This document shows, in pieces, positions 54,201 to 64,000 of a DNA stretch of 64,000 nucleotides. The stretch lies in NCBI GenBank assembly GCA_951406725.2, contig OX597821.1, positions 104,408,001-104,472,000 of the forward strand, in the 5' to 3' direction. The notes under the pieces were generated by a model. That model was not told the DNA's origin. It did no database searches and was given only the letters and a program-made list of their open reading frames with translations. The position numbers were made by a program, and so were the translations under genes. Each line of letters begins with the position of its first letter. Position 1 is the stretch's first letter. The stretch comes from Octopus vulgaris (lineage: Eukaryota).

Positions 54201-56098
54201 GGCGCTGAACATGTTGGATGAATGGAAAAATTTTGACAGGGAAGACCACCGATACTTGGAGGCTGTCCTTAGTGCGGCTGGTTGCGGTCCTGTGTTCTAC
54301 GGTTGGATCGCTACCTTATACAGCGGTATCCCCTCGGTAGTTCGCGTAAATGGTCATGTGTCGAAACCAGTAAACATCACCCATCAAGTATGCCCCCTCT
54401 CGTCGTTTCTGTACGTATTGACTCTAGAGCGACTACTACGGAAGTTGACGACGCTGAAGGGCATCCAGCGAAAACTGAGATGTGGGAAGAGCCTCTCAGT
54501 ATATATGGGCAGTGTCCCCACGATAGTGTCAAGACACAAGCATATCGACCTCGTCGGCGAGACACTAAAAGAATATGAAGCGGAGACGGGAGCGAAAATT
54601 AACCGGGAAAAGTCAGTGGGCTTGCGGTTCGGCACATGGGGAAGCAAGCCCATGCCGTCCAACAGCGTCTCCAACGTGGGACGCTGGACCGACGGACCGG
54701 TGAATTTGCTTGGGGCCTGGTTCGTTCCGGACATACAAATGGAGAAGACCTGGGACGAGATAGCAAGTAGGGTGGCCACTCTCAAACAGCAATGGGCCGA
54801 GAGGAAGCTATCCCTAAAAGGTTGAGCAGAGGTGGCGAACGCGTATATCACATTCATCATCGATTACCGTCTGACTGCGGTGCCTTGTTCTGTCGCTAGC
54901 TTCACCAAACTGGAACGCATACTCTTCCGCTTGTTGTGGAAGAGAAGCGTTCCGATGGTGATCCATTTGCTGTCAACACCCGCGAAAGGGAGGGCTGGGC
55001 ATGCCGTGGTTGAAGATGCGCAGACATGCGCTGAGACTGCGACGTCTCCGGCCTTTTAGAGACAGGTGTGGTCGCTGTTTGTGATAGATATATACCAAAC
55101 AGAGACCAAGGCTAGGCGAATGGCACCGCGTGTGTCGCGTTGCTCTCAAGCAACTCTGCCATCCAGGACCGAAATTAGGCGACTTCAAAAGCGTTCTATA
55201 CAAGATCCACAAAGGCTTTCTGTAGAGGATTAGTGGAGAGAAGGTGCGACGACGTTCTCGGAGAGAATCTGGGCGTCGACGAGGAACACCTGACCTGCCT
55301 GTTCAGGACAAGTTTCGGGCCGGGACCTATGGGCAATCACCAGACCTGGCAGCGCTATCGGCAAGCATTTCCCGTTCGGGATAAGCATTACAGGTACGGT
55401 TCAAGACACACCGAAACGACTTGCCCGAGATGCGGTCAGAGCGACGAAAACCTTTTTACACGAAGTTGTGCAGTTTCCAACCATTTCGGACCTATGGACT
55501 TATGCCGAACGTCAGCTGTCACGTGTGGGATGAATTCTGTTGTCGGCCGAGTCTATCGTGAAAATTTCTCCACCACCTTAACAGGGAAGGCAAAGCAGTT
55601 TTCATCGTACTGGTGGCCATGGTGAAAGAAAGTGTATGGTGGACTCGGCCGAAAGTTTTATAGACAAACACTTTCCTCTCTGGTCAATCGATCATCAACT
55701 TTTTCAAGTACCATTTGAAAAGGAAACTGAGAATAGAGGGGCAGATTTTGTCTCATGAAAATTCAATAAAACATGGGTGAATGTAGCAAATATGGTACCC
55801 GTGCATGACGAAACCACTTTGAGCATGATCCTATAAATCGAAGAGAGAGAGTGCACTTGGCACTGAAGTGTTTTTCCTCACCCTGCCTGAGGTTACCGTA
55901 GTCTTTTTCGTAGGTTTTTCTTTCCACGGATAACGTAATCATTTTTTTTAACGTTTTTTGCTGTGTTCTGTGATAACCGATCCTTTTTGATGGTTGTGTA
56001 TTTTCTATTAAATATGTGTTTTCTTCTTTCGAAAAGAAAAGCACTACATTGTATTTTGTCCCCTCTGTGTTAGCATCTGTGTGGCTGATAAAGAAAGG
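51289..56098 (+). mobile_element. Tx1/L1-clade LINE copy 2, more decayed (ORF1 remnant 51289-52400, ORF2 52510-55835, 3' UTR to 56098)
   Basis: MIPTYLGRRVTKIKV (ORF1); MRRIGCINIRDLG..TISETR..VYASP..VGGWNATL..SYLD..TDHR (APE); KSPGMDGIPYE, NFDREDH (RT). Many stops and frameshifts; ends gctgataaagaaagg before (TATC)n. Confidence 0.88.
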
Positions 56099-56215
<117 letters not shown>

Positions 56216-56614
56216 GTCTGTCTGTCTCCATTTCTATCTATCTATGTCGTTATTTAGTTGCATTTCGATTTTTTTGCCAATAGAGGAAGAGGTGCTTTTT
56301 AATCTAAATCCAAGACTCCTTCATTAGAATTTCAAGAATACCGACAAAGTATTTTTCTAGGTATATACGTATGTGGGCAGATTTGTAGCTTCTTTTATCT
56401 ATGTATTTGCATGCATATATTTGCATATCTAGATATGCTCAAAGATACTTAAATGTTAAACGGATTTTTACAGTTCTAGTGATGGCTTGGATTTGTGGTC
56501 TTCCAATCAACTTTATCCTTTCTAGTTTTGAGAAACCTAGATTCTCACGATTGTTATGTATGTATGTATGTATTTATGTATGTATGTCTGTATATATGTA
56601 TGCACGTATGTATG

Positions 56615-56660
<46 letters not shown>

Positions 56661-56724
56661 TATATGTGTGTATGTGTATGTGTGTATGTGTGTGTGAGTG
56701 CGTATGAATGTAGATATGTATTTA

Positions 56725-57590
56725 GCTGAGTAGTGAAGCATTTTCCAGGTACATATAACGAAGTTGGTAATAAAATACATGCGGCTGAAAGGATGGATCC
56801 ACAGAACTTTCAGAACGGAAGAACAGGAACACAACATCGTTTTCTGGATGACTTTAGTCCCCAGCAGCTCTGATTACTGCTCTCTAATAATGTCATCGTG
56901 GAGGCACTTAGCTTAGTGGTTAGAGCAGCGGACTCGGGGTCGAAGGATCGCGGGTTCGAATCTGAGATTGGGCGATGTGTGTGTTTATGTGCGAAACACC
57001 TAAGCTCCACGCGGCTCCGGCAGAAAGTAATGGCGAACTTCTGCTAACTCTTTAGCCACAACTTTCCCTCACACTTTTCTCCTGCATCTTGCAGCCCACC
57101 TGCGACGGACCGCGTCCCGTCCAGGTGAGGAACCTATATGCCAAGGAAACCGGGAAACCGGCCCTTATGAGCTAAGCGTGGCTCGAGAAGGAACAAACAA
57201 TATTGTCATCGCACAGTGGGAAAGTAATGGCAATCCACAGTCTTCATTGACTCAGTATACGAGGTCAACTACTGGGTAAGGCTGAAAATGTTTAGACTAT
57301 ACTCCGTAAAAAGCTGCTGAGAAAGACCGGCAGTAATATAAGTCTGTATAATTCTGGAAGGGCGTGTAACTACCTTGGGCTTTCAAAGATACCGAAACAC
57401 TAGAATGAGGAGACATTATATAGTGCCAAATGTCCGAAAACGGCATCAACATACAGGGTTTCAAGGAGATAAATGATAGAAACTAAAGGACAGAAATGAG
57501 AACCTGATGTGTTGTGAAGTACAATGTGCTAACTCGGTGAAAGTCATCGCCAGGGACGCTGCACTGTAACGGATATCATCAAAGTGAAAC
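56725..57590 (+). pseudogene. Old CR1/L2-group LINE 3' remnant interrupted by SINE C
   Basis: Manual translation: LKGWIHRTFRT..WMTLVPSSSDYCS | SINE | NYWVRLKMFRLYSVKSC*ERPAVI*VCIILEG (GWI.RTF, DYCS, Y..RL..L.LYS...R motifs). Confidence 0.6.
56899..57198 (+). mobile_element. SINE family C, full length, tail type 3, with a 13-bp TSD
   Basis: A-box tagcttagtgg and B-box ggttcgaatc; TSD aataatgtcatcg (56886-56898) and aatattgtcatcg (57199-57211). Confidence 0.85.
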
Positions 57591-57696
57591 AAACAATGAA
57601 ACGACAGTTAATTTCTTCTATCATAATGCGAGTAGACACAGACACAGAGACACACGCACGAACACGAACACACACGCATATATATCACAAAGTATA

Positions 57697-57733
<37 letters not shown>

Positions 57734-57788
57734 GCATATATGTATATACATATGTATATGTACATATGTATGTGAATATATATATGTG

Positions 57789-57820
<32 letters not shown>

Positions 57821-58469
57821 CATATGTATTGTGCAAAGGCCATATATAAATAAATATGTGTGCGTGTGTGTCTACTTACATATACATAGAGAAAGAGAGA
57901 GTTAGAGAGGGGAGCGTGAGAAAGAGAGAGATAGCTCTACGTAAATGTGTATATTATTCTTTGAGAGAGTCTATCATGCGTATGTTACCGTGTGTCTTTG
58001 TGTTTGTTTAAACTTGTGTATATTATATATGTGTGACTTACTGGTATTTTCTCTAGTGATTGATGAATTTCATTCTGAATCATAAATAATGCAAATATTA
58101 ACAGCTTGTTTCGTAAAGATATATCTTAAAACTGAGACAGGAGTTTTATTTATTTGTACTTATATTCTAATGATTGATCAAATAAAACAATGAAAATATA
58201 ATGAAGTAATAAAACAGGAGATAAAAATATATAATGGATAGAAAATAATGAAAGTATTATGATAAAACAATTGTAAATTCGGAAATTTTCTTTAGTAAAT
58301 ATAGATAAAGAGGATATATATATTAAATCTAGATGAGGAGAGATATTTATTGCTCTTGAAAAGAAATCAGAAACAATATTCATTCAAATATATTTATTTA
58401 AATTACCTAAGCTCACAAAATCTCAAACCACCTATAACACGCAAGTTCGTATATCCGCTAATATATATG

Positions 58470-58491
58470 ACTATCTATCTATATATCTATA

Positions 58492-58556
<65 letters not shown>

Positions 58557-58619
58557 GTTTGCGTGCCTGCTGTCTAACTATCAATTGATCGACCCATCCA
58601 TCGATCGATCCATCCATTC

Positions 58620-58677
<58 letters not shown>

Positions 58678-58690
58678 TTATTTATCTATC
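58470..58690. repeat. (TATC)n-rich tract directly 5' of Tx1-like copy 3
   Basis: Direct reading. Confidence 0.95.
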
Positions 58691-58880
58691 TCTCTGGACA
58701 GACAGACGCAAGTCAAATGGGCTCCGAGTAAGTTGGTCATTTTGTACGTTCAAAAGTGTTTATTGTCAAATATTTTGCAAACCTTTACTAATATCTACAC
58801 AAAATTTTGCCCTTTGTGGGCAAAATTTTAAAAATTCTCGTAGGCCTCGTGTTGTATTTTAGCCATTTTTATTTTCAAAA

Positions 58881-60872
58881 ATGGCTACTGGTCACCACGA
58901 GGCTGAGGCGCAACTGAAGCGTGACGCCAAAACAAAAAACAGGTTGCCCTGTTACCATGCGCTGAACTTGACTGTGTAAACACTACTTACACCACCACCA
59001 CCACCACCACCATCAGCATCGACAACAGCAACAAATACAAAACAAAGGTCGCAAGGCCAAGCACCGTCACCGCCACCAATGATTCCACCATCAACACCGA
59101 CACCACCACCATGGCAGCTTCTGCTACTACAACTGCTATCTCTGCTAACGACACCACTACCAACAACAATAACAATACCAACATCACCATCACCGCCACC
59201 AAAGACCGTGCCGTCAATGCCTCCCTTGCTACTAATACCACCGCCGTCACCAAGAACGACAATAACAACAACAACAACAGTTCCCTTCAGCCACTGTTCC
59301 CTCCATCACCAACAAGTGAAGGTGAGAAAAAAATAACAGCGACCATCAAACGAGGTGCCGAAATTTGCGCTAATGCAGGAGCAAATTACGCAGACAATTT
59401 TCCACCCCTTGCTAGTTGCATAATCAGCAACCACAAACCTAATATACCCACAACCCACACCCCTGCCATCAACACCAACACCACCAGCAGTAACAACAAT
59501 AACAAAACAACAACAAACTTCGCCGAGGCGATAAAAGAAAAAATAACAAGAGTATCGTTTACTGCACAGCAGATAAAAGACTCCAGAGCCCTAATCACCA
59601 AAGAAAACGGCAAAATACAATTACACATACCACAACACATACTGAATGAGGAAAAAAAGAAAACAATTATTTATAAAATAACAAACAACACAACTAAAAG
59701 TCCAGAAAAAGCAAGCACGGACAAAATAGAAAAGTGCCTACACCCATCTGGGGATACAAGGAGTATGTGACTTGGTCGAACAAGTTTGCCCACGTACAGG
59801 TGGTTTTTCAGAATGAAGAGTTGGCAAAGCAATTCTCAACGCTAACTCTTCATTCAGATGAGCTAACAATGACACCCAGTTACCTTGGCCAGAAGGTGAC
59901 AAAGGTCATTATCAATAATGTCCCGCAAATAACAACCACACTATGGATAACATCCGCCATATGCGTCGAAATGGATGACATAAACATCCTGGATATCACT
60001 GTTTCGAAACACAAGGACTGGCTGGGAAAGAGAATAGAGATTCTCTTCCACATAAGCCAAGACGACATTAACAAAATTCCCACCCACGTACATCTTGCGG
60101 ATGGCCGCAAGTTGTATGTAGTAGTCGAGGGCAGAAGGCCACGCTGCTATACATGCGGCAGTGAAACACACCTCAAAAAGGAGTGCAAATCTGCCGCGAA
60201 ACAACAACAACAACAACAGCCACAGGAAAAACCACAAAAGTCAGCATTATTGCCCACACCACAGTATGGACGGCTAATCAAGAAGCTATATGCAGAAATG
60301 CATGAAAAGCAACAAAGAACGGACCAACCCAACCAAACAACACCACCACCTGCGCCAGGAACAGAATCATCACCACCAACAACTACTAAACTAATTCCAA
60401 CACCGAGAACAACAACGAAGAAGACAAGCACCAAGAATGTAGGAGAGACAACCACCACACCAAACCCCCCAGCACCCCGCCGCACACCACAACGATAGCT
60501 ACAACCACACAAACAGACCCAGATGCTTTACCCCTGCTGATTCGTCACACTTTTCATCTAACGATGAAAGTTCGACAGAATGGCAAATATCCACCGGGAG
60601 TAAAAGAAAACGCAACCAAAGCAGGGAGATACATGAACCCTGAAAGCTCCATACACAACCAAACAAGCAGCAACACCACAAAAACACACACAATGCTATC
60701 AGCGATAGACACCAAAGACTCCAAACTAATGGAGTACATCACATCCCACACAAACATCTGTGAAGATGACTTCAAAACTAACAACCATCCACGCACTACA
60801 CCACCCAAACACATCAAAATACTACACATCACACAAACACAACACCACACACTCAAAGCCCTCTTTCCAAAT
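58881..60872 (+). pseudogene. Tx1-like ORF1 (gag-like, Thr/Asn/Pro-rich, CX2CX4HX4C)
   Basis: NFAEAIK..; CYTCGSETHLKKEC; disrupted by stops and frameshifts. Confidence 0.8.
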
Positions 60873-63800
60873 GCGGTTGGTCGTTCTGGATGTCGACGGC
60901 AGCAATGGGTGCGCTTTTAGACTCGTATCAGTCTACGCACCGCCTTTAACAGGTCGGCCGGATTTCTTTCGACGTCTAGAAGTATTCATGGGAACGTCTC
61001 GTCCTTTACTTTTAGTGGGGGATTGGAATGCTACCTTGGACATGCATCTAGACTATGCGAGGAGAGACAATAACAGAAGGGGATGCAAATGCCTCAGAGA
61101 CCTGCTCAGACGTTTCCAACTGTCTGACAGATAACGACTCAACCACCAAAATGCACCAACGTGGACATGGAGCAACCGCAGTGGGTCATCGAGGTCGTAT
61201 CTAGATAGGATACTGTGTAGGACAGTAGACAGGGATAACTTAGGATGTCCATAATTCCACACAGTCAGCTACACGGATCACAAATTCGTGACGTGTACGC
61301 TAGACTTAGATAAGACACATAGACAGGGTCCTGGTTACGGGAAACTGAACGCATCTTTCCCGTCCAGACAGGTTTTCAGAGACAGAATCAATACGTTAGT
61401 AAAATGGGCTTTAACTGGAGCCATTGTCAACAACAAATGGTGGTTCGCCCTCAAGAGAGCAGTGAAAGCGGAAGCAATTAGATATAGCAAGACACTAGCT
61501 AGAAATAGAGTAGAGGGTGAGTTAGTTAAGAAGTTAGAAGAGGCAAGAAGAAGTGGCATCACATCCGACGTTTTAGCGGCGAGGTTGGCCATTGACCAAC
61601 ACTTCAACGTCAAACACGAAGGGTGTACTGTCAGGGCTAGGATGCGTGCTCTAAGGATGGAAGGTGTTGGAGCCGCGAGGGAGGCCCGGGTGGCGGAGGC
61701 GCAACAGGGCAACAAAGCCACCATTCGGTCTCTGGTAGATGGACAAGGGCGCGAATTGCTCGAGCCCAGCAAGATGTGCGAGACATTTCAGCGGCACTTT
61801 GCCCGACTGTACGGGACGAGTGGCGAGCGTGAACGCAGGGTGGACTTCAGTGCCTTCCTGCAAAGCCTACCACGACTCTCAGCAAGAGAGGCAGAGTGCT
61901 GCGAAGGTGCAATCACGGCGGCGGATGTGCGGGACGCGATGGCAGAATGCTCGAGAGACAAATCGCCGGGTTTGGATGGTCTGCCCTACGAGTTTTACAA
62001 CTGTATGCCAGACTTGTTTGGAGACGTCTTGGCAGCGGTATACTGCAACTGGCAGCAAAACGGGAGCATACCCGGTTTTGTGAGTCGAGGAGACGTAACG
62101 CTGCTGCAGAAAGATCCAGAACTGAAAATTTTAACAAAGGTGTTAGCCAAGAGGTTGGTGCTTGTCATCGAGAAACTGATCGACAACGCACAAACGTGCG
62201 CCGTGCTGGACCGGAGCATCCATGACAACCTCCATCTGATGCGCTACATCATAGACAGAGTAGTTAAGGAACTTGGCATGGGTGGGGCCCTGATCAACTT
62301 GGATCAATCGAAAGCCTTCGATAGGGTAGACCATCGATACTTGGAGGCAGTCCTGAGAGCGGCTGGTTTCGGTCCCGTCTTCCGCGGCTGGATAGCTGCC
62401 TTGTACAGAGGCATCCGTTCGGTAATTCGCGTGAATGGACATCTATCGAGAACTTTCGACATTGCACGTTCGGTCCGTCAGGGATGCCCCCTCTCGTCGC
62501 TTCTATACGTATTGACTCTTGAGCCACTACTGCGGAAGCTGGCGACTCTGAGGGGCATCCCGCGAGAATTGGGATGCGGGACGAGCGTGTCTGCATACGC
62601 GGACGACGTCACCGTCATAGTGTCAAGCTACGAGCACATCGAGCTGGTCGGCGAGACACTGAAAGACTACGAAGCGGTGACAGGAGCAAAAATCAACCGG
62701 GAAAAGTCAGTGGGCTTGCGGCTCGGCACCTGGAGAAGCAAGCCCATGCCGTCCACCAGTATCTCCGTCGTGGGATGCTTGACAGACGGCCCGGTTGAGT
62801 TGCTCGGGGTCTGGTTCGGTCCGGACCACTAAATGACGAAGAACTGGAACGAGATAACGAGAAGGGTGGTCACTCTCGCCCGGCAATGGGCCGAGAGGAA
62901 GCTGTCCCTAGAAGGTCGGGCGGAGGTGGCGAACACGTACATCGCGTCAATCATCTACTACCACCTGACCGTCGTACCTTGTCCCGAAGCTACCATCACC
63001 AAACTAGAACTCATTCTCTTTCGCTTCTTGTGGAAAGGATGCGTCCCGATGCTCAGGCGATCTATTTGCTGTCAACACCCGTTAAAAGGAGGGCTGGGCA
63101 TGCCATGGTTGATGATGCGCAAACACGCGCTGAGACTGCGACATCTCCGGCTTTATGTAGGACGGTGAACAGGTGTAGTCACCGTTTCTGAGGCACGCGT
63201 TCCCGCAGCTCGTCTCCATGACCGAACTGCAGTCGTTGATCAAAAAGAGGCCGAGGAAGGGCGAATGGCACCGCGAGTGTTGCATTGCTTTCAAGCAACT
63301 CTGCCGTCCTGGGTCGACCTTGAGTAACTTCAACACAACCAAAGCATTCTATAGGGGATTAGTGGAGGGGAGGTACGACGACGATATAGGGGCAAACCTG
63401 GGCATCGACTGGAATACTTGACCCGCCCGTTTGAAACGACTTTCGGGCCGGGACCTATGGAAAACTTTCAGAGATCCCTGGCCTGGCAGTGCTACCGAGA
63501 AGCGCTACCCGTTCGGGATAAGCTCTATAGGCATGGCTCGAGAAACGCGGGGCCGAACTGCCCGTACTGCGGGCAGAGCGACGAAACCGCTCTGCACGCA
63601 CTAGTGCAGTGTCCAACAATCTCCGACCTGTGGGCTTATGTCGAACGACTGCTGTCACGTTTGGGACGTGTCGGTTTATCAGCCGAGTCTATCGTTAATA
63701 TCGTCACGCCTCCTTCCTTCAAACGGGAAGGAAGAGCTATTTTTATTATACTTGTGGCTATGGCGAAAGAATGTATCTGGTGGACGCGCCTGAAAGGATT

Positions 63801-63978
63801 AGAGACAAACACTTTCCTCTCTGGTCAATATCTCATCAACTTCTTCAGGTATCACTTGAAGAGGAAAGTGAGAGTAGAGAGGCAAGTTTTGTCTAGTGAA
63901 TGTTTTTAAAAAAGATGGGTGAATGTAGCAAGGATGGCACGTATGAATGACGAAGCCACTTTGACTATGATTCTATGA
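60873..63978 (+). pseudogene. Tx1-like ORF2 (APE lacking its N-terminus, RT, C-terminal CCHC-type finger)
   Basis: VSVYAP..VGDWNATL..SYLDRI..TDHK; KSPGLDGLPYEFY; LDQSKAFDRVDH; SVRQGCPLS; SAYADDV; CPYCGQSDETALHALVQC. Stops at about 61132, 62832 and 63909. Confidence 0.92.
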
Positions 63979-64000
63979 ACCGTAAAAATTAATACAGAGA

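Larger units (their letters stand above)
58691..64000 (+). mobile_element. Tx1/L1-clade LINE copy 3, near full length, running off the window end
   Basis: 5' UTR, ORF1 from about 58881 with a CCHC knuckle, ORF2 with APE, RT and C-terminal Zn finger ending at 63978. Confidence 0.93.

Noticed and set aside
56899-56972. tRNA gene
   Set aside because: A and B boxes are present, but the sequence continues into a SINE body bounded by a TSD and has no clean acceptor stem.

Overview
This is AT-rich eukaryotic non-coding DNA, dense in microsatellites and transposon relics. The SINE families look like those of an octopus (my recollection, not a database result). I can support no host protein-coding exon, and most listed ORFs are translations of (TA)n, (TATC)n, (AAT)n or (GAT)n tracts. 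Real coding remnants are: a 5'-truncated but stop-free RTE-clade LINE (minus strand, about 35.2-38.0 kb); three Tx1/L1-clade LINE copies next to (TATC)n tracts (50-64 kb); an ORF1-only Tx1-related element inserted in a SINE head with a 12-bp TSD (43.2-45.4 kb); a full-length decayed mariner; further mariner and Tc1 fragments; and old R4/Dong-like and CR1/L2-like fragments. Three tRNA-like SINE families recur. The most notable unexplained structure is a set of short non-coding repeats sitting in (TA)n tracts. Several carry minimal type-I hammerhead ribozyme motifs, short terminal direct redundancy and fold-back inverted arms, resembling Penelope pseudo-LTRs or retrozymes. Coordinates were read by eye and may be off by a few bases.
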